DNA of 64,000 bases from Candidatus Altiarchaeota archaeon (GTDB taxonomy: Archaea > Altiarchaeota > Altiarchaeia > IMC4 > SCGC-AAA252-I15): NCBI GenBank assembly GCA_043813075.1, contig JBDRLL010000003.1, positions 32,001 through 96,000 of the forward strand, in the 5' to 3' direction. Both the position numbers and the translations under genes were made by a program. A model generated the notes under the pieces. The model was given only the letters and a program-made list of their open reading frames with translations. It was not told the DNA's origin and did no database searches. Positions 41,232-50,349 of the stretch are shown in pieces (position 1 is the stretch's first letter; every line of letters starts with the position of its first letter).

Positions 41232-41525
41232 ATGCCTGCCAAGAGATTCAGCAACCAGACGCCGGAACAGATATTAAGACACCTGACACGCCTACTGAAG
41301 GACAACTACAATTACAACCTATACGTCGACCCCCTTGAAGTCGGCTTCATGATAAGCGAAAGCACTTCAGGAACGAAGAAACAGGACCGAAAGCGGCCGA
41401 AAGACTGGGACAGCCTATCAAAGAAACAGAAGAGGAGGAAGGCTGCGATAAAACCGAGGGCAAGCAGCAAGATAAGAGGCAGGAAACAGGGCAGGACAGT
41501 GAACCTGAAGGGAGTCTCGTACTAG
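41232..41525 (+). CDS. Small, highly basic hypothetical protein
   Basis: K/R-rich C-terminal half; directly follows flavodoxin. Confidence 0.6.
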   Translation: MPAKRFSNQTPEQILRHLTRLLKDNYNYNLYVDPLEVGFMISESTSGTKKQDRKRPKDWDSLSKKQKRRKAAIKPRASSKIRGRKQGRTVNLKGVSY

Positions 41526-41592
41526 CCCACACCAATGATATGCGGTATCTTGTTTTAATTAAGCTTTCGTAGATGTTTTACTAGTCTTAGAC

Positions 41593-42711
41593 GTGGAAGA
41601 GATGGGGGGGAAGTCCATACTAATACTTGAGCGTGACCCGCTCAAGAGAAAGCGGAGATCATTTGAGATAGGGTACTGGAGGTTCTCGGAGTATTTTGTA
41701 TCCGAAAGGCTGCTCAAAGAGGGATGGCAGGTCACATCACTGGATGACGAGTCCATGCCACACTTATGGCTTTTGTTGAAGTGGATGTTCAGGAGGGAGT
41801 GGATTGCAGAGTATTACTTAAGCCTCTTTCAGACGGCCATGCTAGCCTTCTCGCGGAAATCCCATCCTATCGCATGCGCCTGGCAGGGGCCGGGTTTTGT
41901 GTTCGCGGCGATACGCAAGTTGCTTGCGAGAAGCAGCGAGACTAAGCTGATAGTGGTGATGTACTACAGTTACACCCACAACACCTTAAGACATGCCATC
42001 ATACGCCGTGTACTCGGATGGGTCCTCCGTGATTCTACGACAATCGTGTGCATCACTTCCACCCAGAGGAAGGAGTTCGAAAAGTCTTTTCGCCTGAAGC
42101 CAGGACAGGTAAGGTACTTAAGAAGGGGTGTTGACACCGTATTTTTCAGTCCGCTCGCGGAGGACCGTGAAACCGGGATTAACGACTATGTGTTTTGCAC
42201 TGGAGAATACGACAGGGACGACAGACTCCTGCTAAGCGCATGCATGGACCTGGGTTTGAAACTAATTCGGGTGACGAAAGAGCCGGAATACGCTTTAGAA
42301 ATATTGAGGATTGCTAAGAACATCGGCGTCAGGGAGATTGAAGTCCTGATGAAAGTGGACGCTGAAACTCTGCGCAGATTATACAGGAACTCGCTGTTTG
42401 TAGTGGTGCCTGTTAAGAATGACACCCATCCGGCTGGACTTACATCCTTACTGGAGTCCATGGCCTGTGGGAAGGCGACCATCGTCAGCGAGGGGTTGAC
42501 TACAGAGGATTATGCTAGAGACATGGTGGACGCCGTTTATTTTAATCGAGGTGACTTGAAGAGTTTGAAGGATAGGATGGCTCTACTGCGTGATGACGCC
42601 CACCTGAGGGCAGTCATCGGAGGAAACGCCAGGAAAGCTGTGGAGGATAACCACCGAATCGAGGATGACGTTGATGGCCTGATGCGGGTGGTGGGGGGCC
42701 TCATGGCCTAG
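41593..42711 (+). CDS. GT4 (GT-B) glycosyltransferase
   Basis: GVDTVFF, RD, GLTSLLESMACGK. Confidence 0.88.
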   Translation: MEEMGGKSILILERDPLKRKRRSFEIGYWRFSEYFVSERLLKEGWQVTSLDDESMPHLWLLLKWMFRREWIAEYYLSLFQTAMLAFSRKSHPIACAWQGPGFVFAAIRKLLARSSETKLIVVMYYSYTHNTLRHAIIRRVLGWVLRDSTTIVCITSTQRKEFEKSFRLKPGQVRYLRRGVDTVFFSPLAEDRETGINDYVFCTGEYDRDDRLLLSACMDLGLKLIRVTKEPEYALEILRIAKNIGVREIEVLMKVDAETLRRLYRNSLFVVVPVKNDTHPAGLTSLLESMACGKATIVSEGLTTEDYARDMVDAVYFNRGDLKSLKDRMALLRDDAHLRAVIGGNARKAVEDNHRIEDDVDGLMRVVGGLMA

Positions 42712-42717
42712 TGTTTT

Positions 42718-44031
42718 TCATTTTACCAGTGATATTATAGGGTTCCTGCTCCCGCTCCTGGTTTTACTCAACCGGTCTTTTACCACAACATCCACATCAA
42801 CTTCTTCGTTTATTGCCGATCTGATCTTGTCTTCAATCTCGCGCACCATAACCGTTGAGAATTTGATTCCAGGCAGTATCTCTAGCGTTAAGTGATCCCT
42901 AGAATCCTGTATCATACAGAAGTCGCATATGCAGTCAGGATAGTCCAGGATAAGATGATAGGCCAGGTCCAGGAGAAATCCTGAAGAGAGGATTCTCCCG
43001 CTTGGGAGCGTGAAATAGTCGTTTTTCCTGCCTTGCAGCTTCTCCAACACCTTGAATTTTCTCCCGCAAGAACATTCCTTGGTGACTATGCTGGCAAGGT
43101 CTTTCTGGCGATACCTGATGAACGGCATGGCGTAATTTAGAAGATGGGTTCCAACAACCTCTCCAACAACACCCTCTGGAAGGTCTTGGCCGTTTTCATC
43201 GAGGATTTCAACATAGTTTATATCCTCGAAGACGTGGTAGTTGTAGGCCCTGCATTGGGCTGCTATGCGGTTTAATTCCTCGGAGGAATACTCGTCTAGG
43301 ATAGTGCAGTTAAAAAAATCCGCTAGTCTGCTTCTTTCACTGGGAAGTGACATCTCTGAATTCACGAATATTGCCTTAAGTCTTTTTGGTGGGGAAACCC
43401 CATTATGCATCATATAAACCATTAACTCACTCAATACGGATGGATAGCACGAGAGTATGTCAGGATTTTGCCGGACTAATTCCCTTGTTATCGAGGGCAC
43501 ATCATCAAGAGTCCATATGAAACGCACCCAGTATAGGCCCAATATCCTGTCCAACGGATGCTTTGACGAGTAGATGCTAACCTGCTTGTGCCATGGACGC
43601 CATCGAACCCCCATCGAATACGTCCTAAGTCCAGCCAGCATATAGTGCACAAGAGTGGACTTGTCGTATATCACCTTCAGCACCTTGCCTGATGAGCCGG
43701 AACTCGCTGAGACAATGCACTTGTCCGCGTCAACGCCTTTCGCTAGAACGCCTTCCGGGAAGTTGTCTATTAACTCATCCTTAGTTGTTAACGGTAGTCT
43801 CTTGAAGTCCTGGATGGTTTTAATATCACTTGGCTTTATACCAGCATGATCATACTTTTCCCTGTACAATGGGACGTTGACGTAAGCGTGTTCAACGATT
43901 TTTTTAAGCCTATCAAATTGGTATCTCTCGATTTCTTCCCGCGAACGGTATTGAAGTCTGAATGTGGGGAATAGACCCGGCAGTAACCGGGATACCACGT
44001 TGAATCCGTCGCTTAGGGGCAGTGTTTTCAT
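42718..44031 (-). CDS. Phenylacetate-CoA ligase/CapK-like adenylate-forming enzyme
   Basis: VPLYRE, SSGSSG, YSSEE, MPFIRY..KD, GR; likely start MKTLPL at 44031. Confidence 0.88.
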   Translation of the reverse strand: MKTLPLSDGFNVVSRLLPGLFPTFRLQYRSREEIERYQFDRLKKIVEHAYVNVPLYREKYDHAGIKPSDIKTIQDFKRLPLTTKDELIDNFPEGVLAKGVDADKCIVSASSGSSGKVLKVIYDKSTLVHYMLAGLRTYSMGVRWRPWHKQVSIYSSKHPLDRILGLYWVRFIWTLDDVPSITRELVRQNPDILSCYPSVLSELMVYMMHNGVSPPKRLKAIFVNSEMSLPSERSRLADFFNCTILDEYSSEELNRIAAQCRAYNYHVFEDINYVEILDENGQDLPEGVVGEVVGTHLLNYAMPFIRYRQKDLASIVTKECSCGRKFKVLEKLQGRKNDYFTLPSGRILSSGFLLDLAYHLILDYPDCICDFCMIQDSRDHLTLEILPGIKFSTVMVREIEDKIRSAINEEVDVDVVVKDRLSKTRSGSRNPIISLVK

Positions 44032-44164
44032 TATTTTAGTAGAGTATATTAACAGGCCATAAAGAAAACTGGGGGGCAAGCCACAAAGCGTAGTGGCTAT
44101 CGCACCTGAGACCATAATGCATTGGGTACTGGGTCTTATTAAGTTTTTCACCGTATTCTTACCT

Positions 44165-45406
44165 GTGGTAGAATATGTGGAGACCTACGGGTGCGCTCTA
44201 AACCAGGCTGACAGCGAGACTATTCACGGACTGCTTGAGGAGCACGGGCTAGGCGAGTCTGGTGTTGTCGTGGTAAACACGTGCACAGTCAAGTCCCCGA
44301 CCGAAAACAAGATACTGAAGAAACTCAGGGAATACGAGTCTGAGGGTAGACGCGTGGTTGTGGCAGGATGCCTGCCGGCAGCAAGACCAGGAGTAGCGGA
44401 CGAGTTCCCATCCTTCTCATTCATCGGAACCAACACAGGAGACATAGTGGAGGCTGTGAGCGCTACGGCCGTGGGCGAAAGGTACGTTAATATCTCGGGT
44501 CCTGGCGAGAAAATCGGGCTGCCGCACGTGAACGAGAACCCTGTCGTCGGCATCGTGCCGATATCAGAGGGTTGTCTGGGAGGCTGCAGCTACTGTCTGA
44601 CTAAGAAGGCTAGGGGGAGGCTAAAGTCATACAGCGTTGATGGTATCGTCCGCCGGATTGGCGAGTTCGCTTCTAAGGGTGTCAGGGAGATATGGCTTAC
44701 GTCACAGGATACTGGAGCCTATGGGAGAGATGTTGGATGCGACCTTGTGGAACTGCTTAACGCAGTCTGCATGGTGGAAGGCGACTTCAAGGTCAGGGTC
44801 GGCATGATGAACCCTAACTATGCGTTGGAGATGCTGGACGGTTTGATTGACGCCTACAGGAACGTTAAGATTTACAGGTTCGCGCACATTCCAGTGCAGT
44901 CTGGCAGCGACAAAGTGCTTGAAGAGATGAACAGGCGATACTGTGTGAGAGATTTCAAGAGGATTGCTGAGAGATTCAGGGAAGAATTGAATGCCACTAT
45001 ATCGACGGACGTTATTGCAGGCTATCCGACTGAGACCACTGAAGAATTCGACAAGACAGTGAGGCTGATAAGGGAGTTGAAGCCTGATGTGCTTAACGTG
45101 TCCAGATACTGGCCGAGGCCTGGCACGGAAGCCGCTTCATTAAAGCAGCTGCCCGGTAGGGAGACCAAGAGGCGTTCCAGTATTATCGTCGACTTGTTCA
45201 GGGAAACAGGGTTGGAGAGGAATAGATGGTGGATTGGGTGGAATGGCGAGTGCATCGCCTCGAAGGATAACGGGGATGGCACGTACACTGCGCGCAACGA
45301 CTGGTACAAGCCGATAATAGTTGATGGTGAAGGACTGTTAGGAAATAATCTGATGGTTGAGGTTACTGAGGCGACATACTATGACTTGAGGGGGGAAATC
45401 ACCTAG
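44165..45406 (+). CDS. tRNA t6A37 methylthiotransferase (MtaB/MiaB-like radical SAM)
   Basis: ETYGC..N, NTCTVK, AGC, CLGGCSYC, HIPVQSGS, TRAM-like end; GTG start inferred. Confidence 0.9.
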   Translation: MVEYVETYGCALNQADSETIHGLLEEHGLGESGVVVVNTCTVKSPTENKILKKLREYESEGRRVVVAGCLPAARPGVADEFPSFSFIGTNTGDIVEAVSATAVGERYVNISGPGEKIGLPHVNENPVVGIVPISEGCLGGCSYCLTKKARGRLKSYSVDGIVRRIGEFASKGVREIWLTSQDTGAYGRDVGCDLVELLNAVCMVEGDFKVRVGMMNPNYALEMLDGLIDAYRNVKIYRFAHIPVQSGSDKVLEEMNRRYCVRDFKRIAERFREELNATISTDVIAGYPTETTEEFDKTVRLIRELKPDVLNVSRYWPRPGTEAASLKQLPGRETKRRSSIIVDLFRETGLERNRWWIGWNGECIASKDNGDGTYTARNDWYKPIIVDGEGLLGNNLMVEVTEATYYDLRGEIT

Positions 45407-46043
45407 CCTGCAGCAACACGCCTTTTATCCTGCCGACATCCTTTGCATCAATCCTTGGGAAAGGTATCTTACTTAACGCGATGCGGAGTTCACGATCCTC
45501 TTCGGCAGGAGCATCCTGCCCCCTGACCGTTAGTGCGTCCATGAAAGCCCGTCTAGTGGACTTGTCGTCAGAACTCCTCTTGTCAGCCCGGAAATCCACG
45601 CTTTCAACCAACTTCGGGTCTTGAATAAGCTTTTCCAATGCATCATGAGGGTATGTGACCCACTCCTTCAAACCCTTCTCCAGACGCTCAGCCAACTGGC
45701 CAGCATCCTCCCTAGAGCCGGTCGCCCTCACGATTCTCTCGGCAATAAGAGAGATTGCCCTGCTGGCATAGATTCCTGGGAAATTCATGGGGTGAAGCCA
45801 CTCCGCCTCCCCCACGGGAACTGAAACCATCTCCCTGAGGATGTCTTGCACAGGCCGGTGAGGCGTAATCCCTGACTGGCGTACCGCATAATCCATTACC
45901 TGTGATAACTTGTCGGGAGGCAATACCTTCTTCATGCCATCAAATATTTTCTCAGCCCCCGCCTCCTCGATGGTGGGTGGGAATAGATAACCCTGACCTT
46001 TACCGTCAAAGTAGTGCTGCCCCCTCCGAGTGAATGTTGGCAT
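45399..46043 (-). CDS. Hypothetical protein (orphan)
   Basis: 214 aa ORF, no recognisable motif. Confidence 0.6.
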   Translation of the reverse strand: MPTFTRRGQHYFDGKGQGYLFPPTIEEAGAEKIFDGMKKVLPPDKLSQVMDYAVRQSGITPHRPVQDILREMVSVPVGEAEWLHPMNFPGIYASRAISLIAERIVRATGSREDAGQLAERLEKGLKEWVTYPHDALEKLIQDPKLVESVDFRADKRSSDDKSTRRAFMDALTVRGQDAPAEEDRELRIALSKIPFPRIDAKDVGRIKGVLLQAR

Positions 46044-46064
46044 AATGGATAATAGGTAGGATGA

Positions 46065-47069
46065 TTATTTTAACTTGAAGTCGACGCAGTACCTTGAGAC
46101 TCCGGGTGAGAAAGACCCGCACTCGACCACATCCAACACCTCGACAGCAACCCCCAATATGCCAGCAGACTCGACCGCATCACCGCTAGCACCGATACTG
46201 CTCTCCGCGAAGACATAATAATGGACGACACCACCCGTATTCAACGCCGGCAACGCAATATCCATGAAGCTTCCAGCATCCTTGGGCAGCGGCATCACTA
46301 TCCTGTCAAATGTCCCGAGGCTGGGGACGACATCACGAACGTCGCCACAGTAGACGCTAACACTGGTCTTACTCATCAAAACGTTCTTACGCATGAACTC
46401 CACCGCATCAGGATTCAACTCTACCGCATGGACTTCACAGCCTGAAACACGTGAAATCAGTATTGCATACGGGCCTACGCCAGCGAACATGACGAGCACC
46501 CTTTCGCCGGGACGGGCCTGTCTCGCCACCCGCATACGCTCGCCGGATAGACGGGGGCTGAAGTAGGCCTTAGCCACGTCAAGCCGGTACCTTAGGCCGT
46601 GCTCGGAGTGTATCGTCCAGGTCCTGTCTTCCCCAGCTATCACTTGCAGGGACGGCACACGATACTCTGAGTCGACCTTCCCGGTCTTCATGAGGACAAC
46701 CTTAACGTTCTTGAAGGTTTTGATAAGCGCTTCACCCACAATATTCTTCCTTGGCAAAAGGCCTTCAGGCAGGTCGATTATGGCTATGTCGCCGATTATG
46801 TCGAATGATGACGGCACTAGAGGCAGTTCACCTTCAGACAGAGTATTCCTAAGGGAATCAAGGAGGGAAGTCGGGGCTCTTTCGTTTAACGGACCTTCAC
46901 GCTCCACGAACTCCACGCCATCGACTTCAATTTTCTCTTTCACAGGGAAGAGCACGAATCCCTTCTCCCGAATAACTTTGCGGGAGTTATCCCAAACGCC
47001 CGAATCCATGACAATATTCTTGACGGACTCCGCCCTCCGGACCTCAATCTTAGCGTACATCACCGACAC
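46065..47069 (-). CDS. trm5: Trm5/TYW2-family tRNA methyltransferase
   Basis: FDIIGDIAI, YFSPRL..ER, MFAGVGPY, ELNPDA, MPLP. Confidence 0.88.
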   Translation of the reverse strand: MSVMYAKIEVRRAESVKNIVMDSGVWDNSRKVIREKGFVLFPVKEKIEVDGVEFVEREGPLNERAPTSLLDSLRNTLSEGELPLVPSSFDIIGDIAIIDLPEGLLPRKNIVGEALIKTFKNVKVVLMKTGKVDSEYRVPSLQVIAGEDRTWTIHSEHGLRYRLDVAKAYFSPRLSGERMRVARQARPGERVLVMFAGVGPYAILISRVSGCEVHAVELNPDAVEFMRKNVLMSKTSVSVYCGDVRDVVPSLGTFDRIVMPLPKDAGSFMDIALPALNTGGVVHYYVFAESSIGASGDAVESAGILGVAVEVLDVVECGSFSPGVSRYCVDFKLK

Positions 47070-47076
47070 GTAAAGA

Positions 47077-47496
47077 CTATTCCCCCTTGAAGTATAAACG
47101 CTTAATCTTCTTGCTGCTGTTCAATCCACCATCCCACTTGGATTGAATACGGACAACGCGTGCTTCAACACCCGCCTTCCTCAGCATATCCTCAACCTCT
47201 TCGATAGTGAACGACTGGTCAGGGCCAAGCGTGACTATGTCGGGCTTCAACTCGCGTATGGGCTTCAGCATGTCGTCAGGGTCGCCGATGACCGCGTCAT
47301 CCACCGACTTCAGCGACTTAACCACCTCAAGCCTCTGCCCCTCGGGTATGTGCACCACACCCTTCCGGTCTCCAGCAGTCCTGTCTGATGCGATTATGAC
47401 CACAAGCCTGTCCCCCAGCCTACGGGACTCGCTTAGGTAAAGCAGATGGCCTGGATGCAGCACCTCGAAAACCCCTGTGGCAACGACTAGAACCAT
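47077..47496 (-). CDS. ribL: Archaeal FAD synthase
   Basis: ATGVFEVLHPGH, PDIVTLGPDQ, SSKKIK; start MVLVV at 47496. Confidence 0.85.
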   Translation of the reverse strand: MVLVVATGVFEVLHPGHLLYLSESRRLGDRLVVIIASDRTAGDRKGVVHIPEGQRLEVVKSLKSVDDAVIGDPDDMLKPIRELKPDIVTLGPDQSFTIEEVEDMLRKAGVEARVVRIQSKWDGGLNSSKKIKRLYFKGE

Positions 47497-47536
47497 ATGA
47501 AGCTTATATACGTTGAAGAATAAATGTATCTTCCAG

Positions 47537-47959
47537 ATGAAGCCTGAAATCGAGTACAAGAGCCTTGAGGCGAAACAGTACGGAACCGGTGGAGAGCCGG
47601 CCAGCATAAACAACAACAGCACTCTGACGAAAGTACTGGGCGAGGGGAAATACCTTAACGTGGGATTCATATTCAGCTGCAACTACGAGCCCAACGTGGG
47701 CGTCATAAGAATCGAAGGCGACCTTAGGCTCGACGAGTCGGAGGACAACGTCAAGAGGGCTATGGACGAGTGGAACACGTCAGGACACAAGAAACTCCCG
47801 AAAGACATCGCCGAGAAAGTCCACAACACGATACTGTCGAACTGCGTGCTGGAGGCAAGCATCCTGGCGAGGGACGTTAAACTACCGGTCCCACTGCCAG
47901 TCCCCCACGTCCAGATAGGCAGCGAATCAACGAAGGAGACTCAAAGTTATATCAGATGA
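47537..47959 (+). CDS. Conserved archaeal hypothetical protein
   Basis: INNNS, F.F..NYEPNVG.I.IEG, ARDVKLPVP; co-oriented with rpl31e. Confidence 0.75.
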   Translation: MKPEIEYKSLEAKQYGTGGEPASINNNSTLTKVLGEGKYLNVGFIFSCNYEPNVGVIRIEGDLRLDESEDNVKRAMDEWNTSGHKKLPKDIAEKVHNTILSNCVLEASILARDVKLPVPLPVPHVQIGSESTKETQSYIR

Positions 47960-47962
47960 AAA

Positions 47963-48265
47963 ATGAAAGAAGAAAAGCCAGATAAGAAGGAGAAGAAGTC
48001 GAAGAAGGAGGCCAAGCCCCCGGAAGAGAAGATATACTCTGTGCCATTAGGCAGCGCGCGCAAAGGATCTTCACGAGAAAAGGCCAGTAAGGCAGTGAAG
48101 GTTGTGAAAGAGTTCCTCGAGTCAAAGGCAGGGCTGGACGAATACTCCATAGACCCTGAGTTGAACAGCCAGCTATGGTCAAGGGGAATCGGCAAGCCAC
48201 CCAGGAGCCTGAAGATAAAGGTTGTGAAAAACGAGGGTGAAGTCACTGTTTCACCGGTGAAGTAG
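47963..48265 (+). CDS. rpl31e: 50S ribosomal protein L31e
   Basis: EKIYSVPL, KAVKVVKEF, IDPELN..LWSRG..KPP..KIKV; upstream of aIF6. Confidence 0.9.
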   Translation: MKEEKPDKKEKKSKKEAKPPEEKIYSVPLGSARKGSSREKASKAVKVVKEFLESKAGLDEYSIDPELNSQLWSRGIGKPPRSLKIKVVKNEGEVTVSPVK

Positions 48266-48270
48266 GCAAC

Positions 48271-48921
48271 ATGCACTACCAGCAGCTAAGCGTGCAGGGC
48301 GAGGATTTCATAGGCCTCCTAGGACTCGCCACGGACAGGTATGCAGTACTCGCCAGGAAGTTCCCGGATACTGATGTTTTAGGCGTGGAGTCGCTTCGGA
48401 CGAGGATATACGCCACAAACCTTGTGGGAATGTTCTGCGCCGGGAACAGTAACGGGCTTCTAGTGCCGTACTTTGTTGGCGAGGACGAGATGCAGAGGCT
48501 TAGGGAGTTCCTGAACCCCATGGGCGTTGAGGTGGGGAAGATTGAGGACATCCACACTGCCCTCGGCAACATGATAGCATGCAACGACAAAGGCTGCGTG
48601 CTAAGCCCCAAGATACTGGACTACCATGTTGTGGAGGAGGTGCTGGGTGTCGAGGCTGTCTCCATGAGTCTTGGCGGGCTTGAGGAGGTTGGCGCATGCG
48701 TTTGCGCTACAAACAAGGGATTCATCGCATCACCCTACGCTGAAGGGCAGCTAAAGGCTTTGAGCGACGTCCTTAAAGTGGGGGGCGACGTTGGGACAGT
48801 GAATTTCGGGGTTTCTTTCGTTAAGTCAGGCCTGATTGCCAACAGCAACGGCTACATGACAGGGTCAAGGACTAGTGGGATAGAGGTTGGTGAGATAGAG
48901 TCTGCGTTAGGGTTCATCTAG
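48271..48921 (+). CDS. eif6: Translation initiation factor aIF6
   Basis: AGNSNG, GNMIACND, ATNKG, GTVNFG, ANSNG, IESALG. Confidence 0.93.
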   Translation: MHYQQLSVQGEDFIGLLGLATDRYAVLARKFPDTDVLGVESLRTRIYATNLVGMFCAGNSNGLLVPYFVGEDEMQRLREFLNPMGVEVGKIEDIHTALGNMIACNDKGCVLSPKILDYHVVEEVLGVEAVSMSLGGLEEVGACVCATNKGFIASPYAEGQLKALSDVLKVGGDVGTVNFGVSFVKSGLIANSNGYMTGSRTSGIEVGEIESALGFI

Positions 48922-49401
48922 CTTCCTTACCTTATCCACTCCACCAGATTCCTCAATAACCTTAGCCACCGCATCAGGGACAAGACTCCTCCAGTCGCCA
49001 TCTTCAACTATTCTCCTACGCACTTCGGTGGCAGAGTATAGTACGCGGTTGAAGAATGGCACCTCAACCACACTAAAGCCGGCTTGCCTGAAAAGGTTGG
49101 TTTCACGTTCCGTATTCCCGTAATACGCGTCGAAATCAAGGTTTTCACTGATCCACTCCATCCACTTGCCATCATCCCCGAAATCCGGGATTCCGACCAC
49201 CTCGAAGCCGACGTCAAGCACCAGCGAGTTGACTATCATATCCTCCCGCTCTTCGAACGAGAAGGGATTATCCTTCACCCCACTCTTGTTAGAACTCCCT
49301 ACGCCGATCAACAGCTCCCCTGAGTGTGCGGCAGCGTATTCTATAAGGCTTACGTGACCCTTGTGGAGCGGCTGAAACCTGCCGACAACGAGCGCTTTCA
49401 T
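48907..49401 (-). CDS. nadM: Nicotinamide-nucleotide adenylyltransferase
   Basis: GRFQPLHKGH, NPFSFEER, SATEVR. Confidence 0.93.
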   Translation of the reverse strand: MKALVVGRFQPLHKGHVSLIEYAAAHSGELLIGVGSSNKSGVKDNPFSFEEREDMIVNSLVLDVGFEVVGIPDFGDDGKWMEWISENLDFDAYYGNTERETNLFRQAGFSVVEVPFFNRVLYSATEVRRRIVEDGDWRSLVPDAVAKVIEESGGVDKVRKLDEP

Positions 49402-49404
49402 CCC

Positions 49405-49438
49405 GGTTTAATTAATTCGGTTCCATTGTTAATATCAT
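49405..49438. repeat. 34-bp direct repeat, copy 1 (nadM promoter region)
   Basis: ggtttaattaattcggttccattgttaatatcat, identical to 50316-50349. Confidence 0.95.
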
Positions 49439-49507
49439 TAATGGAATAAAGGCGTTGGAATACAATAGGATATAAAAGTTGATAGGAATACGAGGGAGGT
49501 AGATTAT

Positions 49508-50203
49508 ATGGGATGGGGGAAAAAGCCCGCCAAATCTCGTTTTTGCGGTGTAAGCTATCTGGGAGAGGTTCAGGCTAATGAGATTGAGTTTATTGCGGGA
49601 AAGTTTTTATCTGACAGGAAGGATCTTGTGCTAGCCGACTTCGGCTGCGGCGGAAAACCATACAAAAATGTGTTTGAGAGATACGTTTCGAAGCATATTG
49701 GGGTGGATATCCCGTTAAACGATGATGCCGACGTATTCTTTGACGAGAAGGGGAGAGCAGACCTTCCGGACAACTCAGTGGATGTTGTAGTGTCAACCCA
49801 GACGCTGGAACACGTTGATAACCCGGTGTTTTTCCTTGAGGAGATAAGGCGTGTATTGAAGCCCGGCGGACTGCTTATTACCTCAACACACGGATGTTTC
49901 TTCTACCACCCATGCCCGGGAGACTTCTGGAGGTGGACTGCTGAAGGATTAAAAAAACAGATAACCAATTCAGGCTACCATATCATATATTTTAAGGGGG
50001 TGCTTGGTTTAACGGGCCTGTCAATCCAGTTGTTCCAGGCTGCATTAGAGGAAAAACTGCCAAAACACATCATCAAACCCGTTTTCACATATATTATGCA
50101 GGTTCTTATCGGAATAGCGGATAAGATAGACACCGATGAAGAGAAAAAACGGGATGCTTGCATATACTTTGTAGTCGCTTCAAAAGAAGATACTGGCAGA
50201 TGA
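49508..50203 (+). CDS. Class I SAM-dependent methyltransferase (type 11)
   Basis: DFGCGGKPY, GVD, QTLEHV, RVLKPGG, HPCPGDFWRWT. Confidence 0.92.
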   Translation: MGWGKKPAKSRFCGVSYLGEVQANEIEFIAGKFLSDRKDLVLADFGCGGKPYKNVFERYVSKHIGVDIPLNDDADVFFDEKGRADLPDNSVDVVVSTQTLEHVDNPVFFLEEIRRVLKPGGLLITSTHGCFFYHPCPGDFWRWTAEGLKKQITNSGYHIIYFKGVLGLTGLSIQLFQAALEEKLPKHIIKPVFTYIMQVLIGIADKIDTDEEKKRDACIYFVVASKEDTGR

Positions 50204-50315
50204 CTAGGAGATATTAGCAGAACAAGTGACACCACCATTTTCTTACAGTTACTGGATGGGTGAGATGATGGGTAGGATATCCTGCCGAACCCATCTACGA
50301 CGGTATTTCATTCCA

Positions 50316-50349
50316 GGTTTAATTAATTCGGTTCCATTGTTAATATCAT
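50316..50349. repeat. 34-bp direct repeat, copy 2 (herA promoter region, overlaps ATG)
   Basis: Identical to 49405-49438; TATA-like tttaatta lies about 25-30 bp before the herA ATG. Confidence 0.95.

Noticed and set aside
41526-44164. Possible degenerate direct repeat flanking the GT4/CapK pair (about 41530-41568 vs 44110-44149)
   Set aside because: Similarity is weak and limited to TATA-like AT-rich sequence
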